From positions 500-64,499 of the forward strand of contig CALZKF010000004.1 of assembly GCA_945787955.1 (NCBI GenBank): a stretch of 64,000 nt of DNA, in the 5' to 3' direction. The DNA is from an uncultured Acidobacteriota bacterium. Lineage in GTDB: Bacteria; Acidobacteriota; Polarisedimenticolia; Polarisedimenticolales; Polarisedimenticolaceae. Made by a program: the position numbers and the translations under genes. A model generated the notes under the pieces. It saw only the letters and a list, made by a program, of their open reading frames with translations. It was not told the origin of the DNA and did no database searches. Below are positions 39,978 to 50,335 of this stretch, in pieces (the stretch's first letter is position 1; each line of letters starts with the position of its first letter).

Positions 39978-41651
39978 CTAGCCTTCAAGCTTGGCGTGTA
40001 CCGTCCGTCGAACCTCGGCGGCCGTTTGTTGCGCCTGTTCCAGGAGTTCGGCCTGGCGGGCCAGCATCCGCTCGGCAACCGCCCGGTCGGTCAGGGCCGG
40101 CACATTGATCAGCACGTTCATGGCCGCCCCTTCCGCCGCCGCAAGGGCGCAGGCCCCTGCCACGCCGGCGTCGGACACCGAGTTCGGGTTACCGTCCCGA
40201 GCAACGCCAAGGGCCAGTTCGGCTGCGATAACCGACCGCTCCAGCACGTCCAGGGGGACCTGTGTTGCAAACTGATTGGCCGCCTCGATGGCAGCCGTCC
40301 GGGTCGCCTTGTCGGCGTCGCTGGACCTGGGGAGACGCATGGCCGCCAGGACCTGGTTGAACGCGTCGGTATCCCGGTCCACCGCATCCATGAACCAATC
40401 CTTGAGGTTCTGGCCGCGGCAGCCCAGTTCCTGCATTGCGGGACGAGCCGCCTCCATACCTTTCTTGGACCAGGTCAGGCCGGCAACCATGGCGGAAAGA
40501 CCGGCTGACAACGATCCACACAGGGCGGCAACGCTGCCCCCTCCAGGTGCCGGCGAGTCGGACGCAAGTTCATCGGCGAACTCGGTCAAGGGCATCTTTT
40601 TCAGGCCGCCTGCCGCACCCCGGTATTTGAATTCCACGATCTTCTCGTCCGGGTCGAAGGGGGAGAGTTCGTTCAGGCCAAGGGAGAGAACGGCTGTATG
40701 AATCCGTTCCTTGACGGCGACACCGGTGGTTCGGCCCTGCAGTTTGAGGTAATGGTCCCCGGCCGCCAGGATCGCATCCAGAGGGATCAGGCCGACCAAC
40801 TCGCTTCCGGTTACCCGCAGGCCGAGCCTGGCCGCCTCCTCCCGGCAAGCGTCAAATACATCATGGACGGGAGAAACCTTGTAGTTGGTCAGGTTGAATG
40901 ACAGCTGGGCCCGGCCGAACTCCTCGATGTACCAGCCGACTCCACGAACGTTCTTGAAACGACCGGGAACCCAGACCTGTTTGCCTTCGGTGTCCCGGAC
41001 AATCTTGCCTTCGGCGTCCCGTTTCAGCTTGCCCTTCTCCCGGATCTCCATGGCGACTTTCTTGGCCAGCCCCTTGTCCCTGGTGTTCAGGTTGATGTTG
41101 TAGGCGATGAGGAATTCCCGGGCTCCGATGGCGGTGGCGCCGGAACGGGCGTTGAATTCCGCAGGTCCGAAGTCCGGCTTGAATTCCGGCTTCTTGAGCT
41201 TGACCGCAAGCGCTTCATACTCGCCCTGGCGGACGTCGGCCAGCGAGTTGCGCTCTGGTCGGCTGGCGGCGTTTTCGTAGAGATAGACCGGGATCCCCAA
41301 CTCCTCTCCCACCCGTTTGCCCAGCTTCCTGGCCACCTCGACGCAGTCTTCCATCGTTGCGCCCTGCACCGGCACGAACGGGCATACGTCGGTCGCTCCC
41401 ATCCGGGGGTGCTCCCCGGTGTGACCGGACATGTCGATCAGTTCCGACGCCTTCCGGATCGCACGGAACGCAGCCTCTTCCACGGCATCCGGGGTTCCGA
41501 TCATCGTTACTACCGTTCGGTTGGTGGCGGCGCCTGGATCCACGTCCAGCAGGAGCGCCCCCTCGGTGTTCCTGATCTCCGCGGTGATCGCGTCGATCAC
41601 GTCCGGGTTCCGGCCATCGCTGAAGTTCGGTACGCACTCGATAAGCTTCAT
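39978..41651 (-). CDS. ftcD: Bifunctional glutamate formimidoyltransferase / formimidoyl-THF cyclodeaminase
   Basis: MKLIECVPNFSDGRN and GEHPRMGATDV (transferase domain). DSPAPGGGSVAALCGSLSAGL (cyclodeaminase domain). The start is trimmed to ATG 41651. Confidence 0.88.
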   Translation of the reverse strand: MKLIECVPNFSDGRNPDVIDAITAEIRNTEGALLLDVDPGAATNRTVVTMIGTPDAVEEAAFRAIRKASELIDMSGHTGEHPRMGATDVCPFVPVQGATMEDCVEVARKLGKRVGEELGIPVYLYENAASRPERNSLADVRQGEYEALAVKLKKPEFKPDFGPAEFNARSGATAIGAREFLIAYNINLNTRDKGLAKKVAMEIREKGKLKRDAEGKIVRDTEGKQVWVPGRFKNVRGVGWYIEEFGRAQLSFNLTNYKVSPVHDVFDACREEAARLGLRVTGSELVGLIPLDAILAAGDHYLKLQGRTTGVAVKERIHTAVLSLGLNELSPFDPDEKIVEFKYRGAAGGLKKMPLTEFADELASDSPAPGGGSVAALCGSLSAGLSAMVAGLTWSKKGMEAARPAMQELGCRGQNLKDWFMDAVDRDTDAFNQVLAAMRLPRSSDADKATRTAAIEAANQFATQVPLDVLERSVIAAELALGVARDGNPNSVSDAGVAGACALAAAEGAAMNVLINVPALTDRAVAERMLARQAELLEQAQQTAAEVRRTVHAKLEG

Positions 41652-41899
41652 AAATCGCTCCCAATAGCGGTGTTTTTTCCGATGATGGAGAAATTTTACC
41701 GGATCGATACAAATCCTGCCCGGGCCGCTCCCGTATAGTGGACTGTTGCCCGTGAAATCAAATCCCGGACTGACCGTTAATACAGATATCCGGGTTCGTT
41801 TGGGGTCATTCTGGAACCATCGGGTGTTCCTGGCCGTTTGTACTGTAGAACGGAGAACATTTGCCCTCCGGGGGGCGAACGACATAGACGGAGGCAACC

Positions 41900-43165
41900 G
41901 TGAATAGCAGGACTTGGTCTTGGCTGGTGGTGTTCCTGGCTGTTTTATTTCTCGCAGGCATGGGGGTAATCACCACCGGCTGTGACGGGAATTCCGATTC
42001 CGAAGCCTCCAACGGCTCCACCGATCCTGCCGCTGATGCGGAAGCGAAAGGTAAAGGCGAGGACGAAGACGACAAGGAAGAGGCTGTTCCGGTCGAGGTG
42101 GTGAACCTTGCCACCGGCCAGATCGAATCGGTCCTGCGCTATTCCACCAACCTGGAGGCGGAGAGCCAGGTGCAAGTCCACGCCCAGGCTGCGCGACAGG
42201 TAGTCAAGCTGCTGGTGGAGGAAGGGGATAGGGCCGCCCGGGGCCAGGTCCTCGTACGCCTCATGGATGACGAGCAGCGCAACAACCTGGCCATGGTCCG
42301 CAGCGAGCTGGACAAGGCCAACCGTGAGTACGAGCGCAGCCAGCGCCTGTTCAGGGAAAACCTCATCAGCGAGCAGCAGTTCAACGATGCGACCTATGAA
42401 ATCGACCAGCTGAAAATCCGAGTCGAGAATGCCGAGCGGGAACTTGGATACACCGAGGTCCGGGCGCCGATCGCCGGAACCATCACCTCCCGGCTGGTGA
42501 ACCTGGGGGACCAGATCACGGTTGGACAGCACCTGTTCGATATCGTCGATTTCGATTCGATCGTGGCAAGGGTGTATGTGCCGGAGAAGCACCTCCCGGA
42601 ATTGCACAAGGGTTTGTTGGCCCGTGTCAGCTCCCCCAGTCTCGGAACCCGCACCTACCAGGGTCAGGTCGATCGCATCGCCCCGGTGGTGGATCCCAAG
42701 AGCGGCACGGTGAAGCTTACCGTCGCGCTGGGTGGGCAGACCGGCCTGCGTCCCGGCATGTATGTGGACGTCGACCTGGTGACCGCATCCCACGAAGACG
42801 TGGTGCTGGTACCGAAACAGGCGATTGTATACGACAACGACAGGATGTTCGTCTACACCCTGGAGGGCGAAAACCGGGTCCGGCGGGTGCTGCTCGAGGC
42901 GGTGCTGACCGACAAGGACAATATCGAACCGTTGGAAGGGTTGAACGCCGGTGACCCGATCATCATCGCCGGACAGACCGGTCTCAAGGACGGCACCCTG
43001 GTGGAACTGCCGGCTCCCCCGGAGGAAGCGGTGGCGGAAGCCGGAGAACCGGCGGATGGTGAACCGGAGGCGGCCGAGGCGGTGGAGACCGAGGTGGAAA
43101 AGGCTGGAGAACCTCGGGACGAGGCGATGCTGGCCAGTCAGTCCGACGAAAGGGCGAGCCGGTGA
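41900..43165 (+). CDS. RND efflux periplasmic adaptor (MFP/HlyD family), lipoprotein
   Basis: GTG start and lipobox ITTGC. Coiled-coil and lipoyl/beta-barrel signatures are present (YTEVRAPIAGTITSR, VDPKSGTVKLTV). Confidence 0.88.
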   Translation: MNSRTWSWLVVFLAVLFLAGMGVITTGCDGNSDSEASNGSTDPAADAEAKGKGEDEDDKEEAVPVEVVNLATGQIESVLRYSTNLEAESQVQVHAQAARQVVKLLVEEGDRAARGQVLVRLMDDEQRNNLAMVRSELDKANREYERSQRLFRENLISEQQFNDATYEIDQLKIRVENAERELGYTEVRAPIAGTITSRLVNLGDQITVGQHLFDIVDFDSIVARVYVPEKHLPELHKGLLARVSSPSLGTRTYQGQVDRIAPVVDPKSGTVKLTVALGGQTGLRPGMYVDVDLVTASHEDVVLVPKQAIVYDNDRMFVYTLEGENRVRRVLLEAVLTDKDNIEPLEGLNAGDPIIIAGQTGLKDGTLVELPAPPEEAVAEAGEPADGEPEAAEAVETEVEKAGEPRDEAMLASQSDERASR

Positions 43166-43767
43166 ATCCGAAGGAGCCCGGACAGGCTTCGCTGCACAGC
43201 TTCCCCACATCAAGGCCGGTGGCGATCCTCATGATCTTCCTGGCGGCGGTGGTTTTCGGCGCGCTCAGTTACGGCCGGCTGCCCCTGATGCTGATGCCGG
43301 AGCTGAGTTACCCGACCCTGACCGTTCGTACCGATTATCCGGGAGCGGCTCCGGAGGAAGTTGAAGCGGATATCAGCCGCCCTATCGAAGAGGCCCTGGG
43401 GGTGATCGGCGGGCTGGCCAAGATCAGCAGCATCAGCCGTGCCGGCATCAGCGATGTGGTCCTGGAGTTTTCCTGGGACATGGACATGGATGATGCCAGC
43501 CAGGAGGTCCTGGAGAAGCTGGACCGGGTGTTCCTGCCGGTGGAGGCCGAACGTCCCCTGATCCTGCATTACGACCCCTCCCTCGATCCTGTTCTGGAGT
43601 TGAGTCTGTCCGGCAAAGGGGAGCTCTACGAAGGTGAGTCGGGGTTGCGCCGCCTCAGGAGGATCGCGGATATCCAGTTGCGGAGGCTTCTGGAGCCTGT
43701 GAAAGGCGTAGCCGCCGTACGTATCCGCGGAGGTCTCGAGGAAGAGGTTCATGTCCTCTGTCATTGA
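43162..43767 (+). CDS. RND (AcrB/HAE1-like) permease, N-terminal fragment (gene interrupted)
   Basis: TM1 plus the first periplasmic subdomain (PELSYPTLTVRTDYPGAAPEEVE). It ends at TGA 43765-43767. GTGA overlap with the MFP gene. Confidence 0.75.
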   Translation: MNPKEPGQASLHSFPTSRPVAILMIFLAAVVFGALSYGRLPLMLMPELSYPTLTVRTDYPGAAPEEVEADISRPIEEALGVIGGLAKISSISRAGISDVVLEFSWDMDMDDASQEVLEKLDRVFLPVEAERPLILHYDPSLDPVLELSLSGKGELYEGESGLRRLRRIADIQLRRLLEPVKGVAAVRIRGGLEEEVHVLCH

Positions 43768-46627
43768 TCGACTGGCCCAGGAGAACATCAACCTGGCCGG
43801 AGGAACCATCAAGGACGGCAGGACCGAATACCTTGTCCGGACCATGAACGAGTTCGAGGATCTGAAGCAGATAGAGGAAACGGTGATCGCCTCCTTCGAC
43901 GGCCGAAATGTCCGTATCCAGGACGTGGGCAGGGTGGTTTATTCCAACAAGGACCGGGAGATCATCACCCGCACCGATGGCGGCGAATCGGTGCAGATCG
44001 AGATTTTCAAGGAAGGGGACGCCAACATCGTCAATCTGGCCAAGCGGGTCAAGACGATGCTGGGCGAGGATACCCGGGAAGATATGCTGGCGTGGTCGGA
44101 AGCGCAGACACAGACCGTTCCGGAAGGTGAGGACAAGGCCGAGGTCAAGGAAATCGCCGGTCTGGCCGCCGACCTGTTCAAGACCGAAGGGGTTTTTCTT
44201 CAGCTGGTCGCCGATCGCTCGATCTTTATCGAGCAAAGCATCAAGGAAGTGCGCAATACGGCGATCCTGGGCGGCCTCCTTGCGATATTCATCCTCTTCC
44301 TGTTCCTGCGCAACGTCAAGGCGACCACCATCGTGGCGGTCTCCATTCCGATTTCCCTCCTGATCACATTCGCGCCCCTGAATCTGCTGGGCGTCAGCAT
44401 GAACATCATGTCCCTGGGCGGTCTCGCCCTTGGGATCGGCATGCTGGTGGACTCCTCGATCGTCGTGCTGGAATCGATTTTCCGGTGCCGTGAGGAAGGT
44501 GACGATATCGTCTCCGCCGCGGTAAGGGGCACTCGCGAGGTCAAGGGCGCCGTCCTGGCATCCACTTTGACTTCCATCGCCGTCTTCCTGCCGATGGTAT
44601 TCGTGGAGGGCATCGCCGGACAGGCGTTCGGAGACCTGGGCATGGCGGTAGTGATCTCCCTGCTGGCCGCGGCGGCGGTTGCGCTATGGTTCATTCCGAT
44701 GCTGGCCAGCCGCAAGGGCGTGGATCGCTCCGGGCTGATCGGTGGGCAGAAGCTCGGTGAGGGTCTGAAGAGTTTCCATTCCTGGAATGTGGTCAAGGCC
44801 GCCTTCGGTAACGCGCGGCTATGGCTGAAAATATTCGGTGCACCCTATTTTGCCATCCGCTTTGTCCTGGGAATCCTGTTCGAGGCGATGGGCAAGATCG
44901 TCCTGCTGGTCTGGACTCTCCTGGTCCTGACGGTCACCCGTTTCCTGGCTCCGTTTTTGGGGATCGTGTTCGGCGCCCTGATGTGGCTGCCGGTCCGGAT
45001 CACCAAGGCGCTGCTGAGCAGTCTCGGCTCAGCCTACCCCCGCACCCTGCGCACCGTTCTGGCCCACCCGGGTCTGGTACTGCTGGTGATGGCCGGCTGC
45101 ATGTGGGCAACCTGGGAGATCGGAACCCGGTTGAACAGCGAACTGCTCCCGGAAGTTCACCAGGGAGAATTTACCGTCGAGGTGGCATTGCCGGTGGGGA
45201 CGCCGCTGCCACGGACCCGTGAAGTGCTCTCTCCGGTGGAACAGGCGATCCTGACCGAAAAGAAAAACATAAAAAGCCTTTTGCTTACCCTGGGTTACGA
45301 CTCGGCTACCTCCCAGAGATCGGATGAGGGCGAGCACACGGCAAAGTTCAAAATCATGTTGGACGACAACTCCCGCGGCGCGGCCACCGAGGAGGCGGTG
45401 ATTGGTCGGATGCGGGACCGTTTCGCGGCAATCCCGGATCTTGACGTTCGTATCCTGCGGCCGGTGCTGTTCAGCTCGAGAACCGCCGTGGAAGTGGAGA
45501 TCGAGGGCGACCAGCTGTTGCTGTTGCGCAAGGTATCGGAGGAGGCCCGGGCCGTCCTCGCCACCCTTCCGGAACTGGCGGATGTGGAAACCAGCCTGCG
45601 CTCGGGAGCACCTGAAGTCCAGATCATTTATGATCGGGACCTGCTGGCCCGGTTCGGCCTCAACATCAACGAGGTCGCCCGGCTGATTCGGAACAAGGTG
45701 CAGGGCTATGAAGCGACCCGGTACAACCTGAAAGACCGCCGTATCCCGATCGTGGTCCGCCTGGGAATGGAGGATCGTGAAACCGTGGAAGAGGTCCGGG
45801 GTCTGGTGGTCAATCCGGGCGGCGAACGTCCCCTCCCGCTTTCAGCCGTTGCCGACGTCATTCTGGGCGAAGGGCCCAGCGAAGTCCGCCGCGTGGACGG
45901 CCAGCGTGTCGCCCTGGTTCAGGCCAACCTGGCCGGTGGATCCCTGAGCGCCGCTTCCGCCCGTATCGAGGATGCCCTCAGGAGCCGTGTCCAATGGCCG
46001 GACGGCATGAGCTATACGCTGGGAGGCCAGAATCAGGAATGGGAACGGAGTCGGAGCAGCCTGTGGCTCGCACTCGGCCTCAGCATGTTCCTGGTCTACG
46101 TGATCATGGCGGCCCAGTTCGAGTCACTCATCCACCCGCTGGTGATCATGTTCACCATCCCCCTGGCGTTTCTGGGCTCCCTGGCCCTGCTTTGGGCCTT
46201 GAATATCTCCCTGTCCATCGTGGTGTTTCTCGGCATGATCATGCTTGCCGGTATCGTGGTGAATAACGCCATTGTGCTGGTGGACTACATCAACACCCTC
46301 AGGGCCCGGGGGATGGAGCGCACCGAGGCGATCGTGAAGGCCGGATCCGTCCGGTTGCGACCGATCCTCATGACCACCGCCACCACGGTGCTGGGCCTGC
46401 TGCCGATGGCCCTCGGTATGGGGGACGGCGCGGAGATCCGGACGCCGATGGCGTTGACGGTCATCGCCGGCCTGCTCAGCTCCACCGTGTTGACGCTTCT
46501 CCTGATACCGTCGGTCTATGCCATATTCGATTCCATGAAGCAGGTCGTCCTGGGGAGGGGCGTCGAACCGCAGGAGACCGGACGGGACAACCTGCGGAAA
46601 ACCGGTGTTGAAGGAGCGACGTCGTGA
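43751..46627 (+). CDS. RND (AcrB/HAE1-like) permease, remaining ~960 aa in the +1 frame
   Basis: It continues the same protein (..VIDRLAQENINLAGGTIKDGRTEYLVR..). The 12-TM architecture motifs are completed only when it is joined to 43162-43767. Confidence 0.8.
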   Translation: MSSVIDRLAQENINLAGGTIKDGRTEYLVRTMNEFEDLKQIEETVIASFDGRNVRIQDVGRVVYSNKDREIITRTDGGESVQIEIFKEGDANIVNLAKRVKTMLGEDTREDMLAWSEAQTQTVPEGEDKAEVKEIAGLAADLFKTEGVFLQLVADRSIFIEQSIKEVRNTAILGGLLAIFILFLFLRNVKATTIVAVSIPISLLITFAPLNLLGVSMNIMSLGGLALGIGMLVDSSIVVLESIFRCREEGDDIVSAAVRGTREVKGAVLASTLTSIAVFLPMVFVEGIAGQAFGDLGMAVVISLLAAAAVALWFIPMLASRKGVDRSGLIGGQKLGEGLKSFHSWNVVKAAFGNARLWLKIFGAPYFAIRFVLGILFEAMGKIVLLVWTLLVLTVTRFLAPFLGIVFGALMWLPVRITKALLSSLGSAYPRTLRTVLAHPGLVLLVMAGCMWATWEIGTRLNSELLPEVHQGEFTVEVALPVGTPLPRTREVLSPVEQAILTEKKNIKSLLLTLGYDSATSQRSDEGEHTAKFKIMLDDNSRGAATEEAVIGRMRDRFAAIPDLDVRILRPVLFSSRTAVEVEIEGDQLLLLRKVSEEARAVLATLPELADVETSLRSGAPEVQIIYDRDLLARFGLNINEVARLIRNKVQGYEATRYNLKDRRIPIVVRLGMEDRETVEEVRGLVVNPGGERPLPLSAVADVILGEGPSEVRRVDGQRVALVQANLAGGSLSAASARIEDALRSRVQWPDGMSYTLGGQNQEWERSRSSLWLALGLSMFLVYVIMAAQFESLIHPLVIMFTIPLAFLGSLALLWALNISLSIVVFLGMIMLAGIVVNNAIVLVDYINTLRARGMERTEAIVKAGSVRLRPILMTTATTVLGLLPMALGMGDGAEIRTPMALTVIAGLLSSTVLTLLLIPSVYAIFDSMKQVVLGRGVEPQETGRDNLRKTGVEGATS

Positions 46628-49600
46628 GCCCCCATGACGTAACTCGGGAGACCGCGCTTCCCAAGTTCTCCCTGAACCGCAGGATCACCGTGCTGGTCCT
46701 GTTCGCCACCACCCTGGTGGTCGGAGCGATCGCCGCTATCGGCATTCCGCTGGAACTGTTCCCGGCAGGGTTCTCCGCTCCGTTTCTCCAGGTATACATT
46801 CCTTACAACGACGCACCTCCCAAGGAAGTGGAACAGAAGGTCACGTTACCGCTGGAAGCGGAGATCAGTACGGTCAAGGGCATCAGCCAGCTTGTGTCGG
46901 TCTCCCGGTACGGTTCCGCCGTCAGTTTTATCGAATTCAAGCAGTCCACGGACATGGATGTGGCGTACCGCGAGGTCCGGGACAGGGTGGAGCGGGCCAA
47001 GGTGGAGTTTCCCGCCGAGGTCGACCGGGCGTTCGTACAGAAGTTCAACAGCTCCGGGATACCGGTCCTGGTTGTCGGCATCGCAGTGGATTCCGAAGTG
47101 TCGGATCTTTACAACCTGGTCCAGGACCGGATCGTCAAGCCGATGTCCCGGATCGATGGGGTGGCCAATATCCAGCTCGACGGGATGGAAGAGAAGGAAA
47201 TCCTGATCGAGCTGGACCGCCGCAAGGTGGCGGCCAACGGACTGAATATCTACGAACTGGCCCAGGACCTGGGCGGCGACAATTTCACCATGTCCAGCGG
47301 TACGGTTCTGGAGGGAGCCGACAAGCTGGCCTTGCGCTCCATCGCCCGGTACGAATCGGTGGAGGCCTTGAACAATCGCAAGGTCGGTCCGTCGGTCCGT
47401 CTCGGGGACGTCGCCACGATCCGATACGAGGAAGAGGAGAAGGATTACCGTGCTCGAGCCATGAGCGAGCCGGCGTTCGCCTTGATCGTCATGAAGGAGG
47501 GTGACGCCAACGCAACGGAAGTGTGCCGCAAGCTGGTGGCCCAGGTTGAACGGATGCAATCCGACCCTCGCCTGAGCGGATTCGAATCGATCGTTCTGTT
47601 CAACCAGGGGGCTGTAATCGAGGAATCCCTGACCACCATGCTGCAAAGCGGCATGATCGGCGGAGTCATCGCCGGCATGGTCCTTTTCCTGTTCCTGCGC
47701 CGGTTCCGCATGACTCTGATCGTCTCGCTGTCCATCCCCCTGAGCCTTCTGATCGGGCTGACGGTGATGTTTTTCGCCGGCGAGACTCTGAATTTCCTGA
47801 CCCTGTTGGGATTGATGCTGTGCGTCGGTCTGCTGGTGGACAACTCGGTGGTGGTGGCGGAAAACATCTACCGGCTGCACCGCAGCGGCTCCGAACGCCG
47901 TGATGCGTGCATCAACGGCGCCGGAGAAGTCGCCCTGGCCATCACCATGTCCACCCTGACGACCATCGTGGTATTCCTGCCGGTATCCCTGGTGGAAGGC
48001 CCGGGCCAGTTCTTCCTGACCCGGCTGGCGATCCCGGTCTGCGTATCCCTGGCCGCCTCGCTGCTGGTGGCGCTGGTGTTCATCCCGTTGTGCGTCTACC
48101 TGACCCTGCCGGAAGCGGTTGCCGCAGCCGGGGAAGGGCAGGCGACGGGGCCGACCCTGGTCCGCCGGTTCCACACCCGCCTCAATCGGGTACTGAGGCG
48201 GTTCTATGAGAGTGTGTTCGGACGCCTGAATCGTAACTACAACAAGATGCTCGGATTCTTCCTGGCCCGCCGCCTGGATCTGGTCATCTGCCTCCTGGTG
48301 GTTTTTGCAGCCACCGCCGCCCTGCCGATGAAGGATGTCAAGGTGGTGGAGAATCAGGAGGAGGAAGCCGGGGGATTTACGCTTTATGTCGAGATGCCGC
48401 CCAACTCCACCCTGGATGAAGCCGAGACCTGGTTCCTGGGTGCGGAAAAGACGATCGAGGGCATGCAGGAGGAACTGGGGCTGGAAGGCTGGTTCCTGTC
48501 TCACGATGAGGAGGGCGGCGAGCTGCATGGCTGGTTCGACAGCCCCCATTCGGTGAAGATCACGGCCCGGGAAGCGACGGAAAAAGTCAAGGAGGAACTT
48601 CACGTCATTCCCGGCATGGAACTGTTCACCGGACAGGAAAGCGAGACCGAAGACGATAACAGCATCGCGACGTACCCGGTCATGTTGTACGGCGAAGACA
48701 TCGATATCCTGGAGGAAACGGCGCGCAAGCTGGAGGCGATGTTTATCAAGATCGACGGAGTTCTCGGCTTGCAACGGCGGTCCGACCCTCCGCCCAACGA
48801 ACTGGGGCTGGTGGTGGATCGGGACCTGGCCCAGCGCTACCAGGTCAACCCCCAGGTCGTGGCCGGTGTGGTCGGCTACGCCCTCCGCGGCGCCGACCTG
48901 CCGAAATATTATGACGACGGCAAGGAGATACCGGTCCGCATCCGCTTCCAGGAGGAAGATCGCGAGAACCTGAATAACCTGGAAAATTTCCTGGTTCCGA
49001 CCCAGACCGGAAGCGCTCTGCCGTTGTCCGCCGTCACCGATGCCAGGTTCCTGCCGGCCAGGAACCGGATTTTCCGCCTGGACAAACGGGCGCTGCGCCG
49101 GATCACCCTGGAATTGGAAGAGGGCACGGAAGAAGAAACCACCGCCCGTCTGGCGGCGTTGTCTTCCAGGATCGACCTGCCCGAGGGTGTGACGCTGGGG
49201 GCCAACGTCACCAGGATCTCCTTCAACGACGACGTCAGCGCCATGATCTTTGCGGCAATGCTGTCGGTGGTGTTCATATACCTGCTCATGGGTTTCCTGT
49301 TCGAGAGCTTCATCCTGCCGCTGTCGATCATCCTGACCATCCCGCTCTCCATCATCGGCGTCTACTGGATGCACTTCGCGGCCCAAAAAGACCTGGACAT
49401 GCTGGGAATCGTCGGCATTGTGTTGCTTATTGGCGTCGTAGTGAACAACGGGATCGTGCTTATCGATTACGTCAACCGGCTGCGGGCCGGCGGGATGTCC
49501 CGGGCCGAAGCGCTGGCACAGGCAACCGACAGGCGGTTCCGGCCGATCATGATGACCGCCATCACCACCATCGGCGGCATGATCCCCCTGGCGTTGGCAG

Positions 49601-49833
49601 GCAGCGGGGGAGGCGACGACGGGTTGAGTTACACCAGTTTCAGCTTGACCCTGATCGGCGGCATGACCACGGCGACCCTGCTGACCCTGTTGGTGGTGCC
49701 GGTGTTCTACACCTTTTTCGACGATGCCCGCACGGTGCTCGTACTGGTGATGAGGAGGACCCTGGGACCGGCGTCAGCCGCCGAGGGTCACCCACAGCAG
49801 GCCTCGGAAATCGCCCTCTCGGAATCCGACTGA
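46624..49833 (+). CDS. RND (AcrB/HAE1-like) efflux permease, second copy, intact
   Basis: 1069 aa. GTG start overlaps the previous stop (GTGA). Full AcrB-like layout (..NGLNIYELAQDLGGDNF.., LGLMLCVGLLVDNSVVV, GIVLLIGVVVNNGIVLIDY). Confidence 0.9.
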   Translation: MSPHDVTRETALPKFSLNRRITVLVLFATTLVVGAIAAIGIPLELFPAGFSAPFLQVYIPYNDAPPKEVEQKVTLPLEAEISTVKGISQLVSVSRYGSAVSFIEFKQSTDMDVAYREVRDRVERAKVEFPAEVDRAFVQKFNSSGIPVLVVGIAVDSEVSDLYNLVQDRIVKPMSRIDGVANIQLDGMEEKEILIELDRRKVAANGLNIYELAQDLGGDNFTMSSGTVLEGADKLALRSIARYESVEALNNRKVGPSVRLGDVATIRYEEEEKDYRARAMSEPAFALIVMKEGDANATEVCRKLVAQVERMQSDPRLSGFESIVLFNQGAVIEESLTTMLQSGMIGGVIAGMVLFLFLRRFRMTLIVSLSIPLSLLIGLTVMFFAGETLNFLTLLGLMLCVGLLVDNSVVVAENIYRLHRSGSERRDACINGAGEVALAITMSTLTTIVVFLPVSLVEGPGQFFLTRLAIPVCVSLAASLLVALVFIPLCVYLTLPEAVAAAGEGQATGPTLVRRFHTRLNRVLRRFYESVFGRLNRNYNKMLGFFLARRLDLVICLLVVFAATAALPMKDVKVVENQEEEAGGFTLYVEMPPNSTLDEAETWFLGAEKTIEGMQEELGLEGWFLSHDEEGGELHGWFDSPHSVKITAREATEKVKEELHVIPGMELFTGQESETEDDNSIATYPVMLYGEDIDILEETARKLEAMFIKIDGVLGLQRRSDPPPNELGLVVDRDLAQRYQVNPQVVAGVVGYALRGADLPKYYDDGKEIPVRIRFQEEDRENLNNLENFLVPTQTGSALPLSAVTDARFLPARNRIFRLDKRALRRITLELEEGTEEETTARLAALSSRIDLPEGVTLGANVTRISFNDDVSAMIFAAMLSVVFIYLLMGFLFESFILPLSIILTIPLSIIGVYWMHFAAQKDLDMLGIVGIVLLIGVVVNNGIVLIDYVNRLRAGGMSRAEALAQATDRRFRPIMMTAITTIGGMIPLALAGSGGGDDGLSYTSFSLTLIGGMTTATLLTLLVVPVFYTFFDDARTVLVLVMRRTLGPASAAEGHPQQASEIALSESD

Positions 49834-50328
49834 ATTGTCGTCGGGGTACATCTCGGCAATCTGAACCTGGACCTCTTCCGCGATGATCTCACCGTGGCAG
49901 GCCAGGCACGGCTTGCCCACGTAGAGTGGTTCGACATACCCGACTGTTGCATCATCGATCCGGACGGCTCGGGGCGCCGCGCCGGGGCCGGCTTCCAGGT
50001 ACTCCTTCAGGAGCGGTTCAAGCCACGGCTCCGGCGCATTGACCGGATTGCGCAGTCTCAGGGCGGTCCTCCCGATCCCGACACCGTCCACCGACATTTC
50101 CGCCGCCAGTTCCGGTGCGCGGATGCTGCAGGCCCCGATCGCCTGTCCCGGCCCGTCGGCCAGACCTTCCTTGAGAGCAGCCATGAGGGTGGACTTGAAT
50201 TCGGCCGCCAGACCGGCAGCCTCCAGGACGGTTTCTTCCGGTATTTCGCCGGGGCTGTCCTGTCCGGCGCAGCCGGTCAGAAGGCATGTCAGCGATAGAA
50301 GAACGGCGAGCGTTTGTTTTTGCATCAT
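49774..50328 (-). CDS. DUF3365 (Tll0287-like) haem-binding lipoprotein
   Basis: Lipobox LLTGC. ALRLRNPVNAPEPWE and the CLACHG (CxxCH) motif are present. The start is trimmed to ATG 50328. It overlaps the RND 3' end by 60 nt, convergently. Confidence 0.75.
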   Translation of the reverse strand: MMQKQTLAVLLSLTCLLTGCAGQDSPGEIPEETVLEAAGLAAEFKSTLMAALKEGLADGPGQAIGACSIRAPELAAEMSVDGVGIGRTALRLRNPVNAPEPWLEPLLKEYLEAGPGAAPRAVRIDDATVGYVEPLYVGKPCLACHGEIIAEEVQVQIAEMYPDDNSVGFREGDFRGLLWVTLGG

Positions 50329-50335
50329 GGCATGA

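Noticed and set aside
41652-41899. 248-bp divergent leader between ftcD and the efflux operon, examined for a folate/ZTP-type riboswitch. The minus strand contains GCGGCCCGGGCA, vaguely like the ZTP 3' element.
   Set aside because: I could not recognise the 5' subdomain or any convincing pseudoknot partner. Only short 5-bp hairpins are present. A covariance-model scan (Rfam) would be needed, so I am not claiming it.
43765-43767. The TGA ending the first RND fragment, considered as a selenocysteine or read-through codon.
   Set aside because: In-frame read-through gives unrelated sequence (STGPGEHQPG..). Homology resumes only in the +1 frame, so it is a frameshift/deletion, not recoding.
46846-49386. 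846-aa ORF antisense to the second RND pump. Similar long antisense ORFs occur at 619-1674, 13926-14813, 17869-18717, 26896-28110 and 41945-43213.
   Set aside because: The composition is dominated by R/G/Q/D/H/P with no motifs. Each lies exactly opposite a gene with unmistakable family signatures. This is the expected stop-codon-poor antisense frame of a high-G+C genome.
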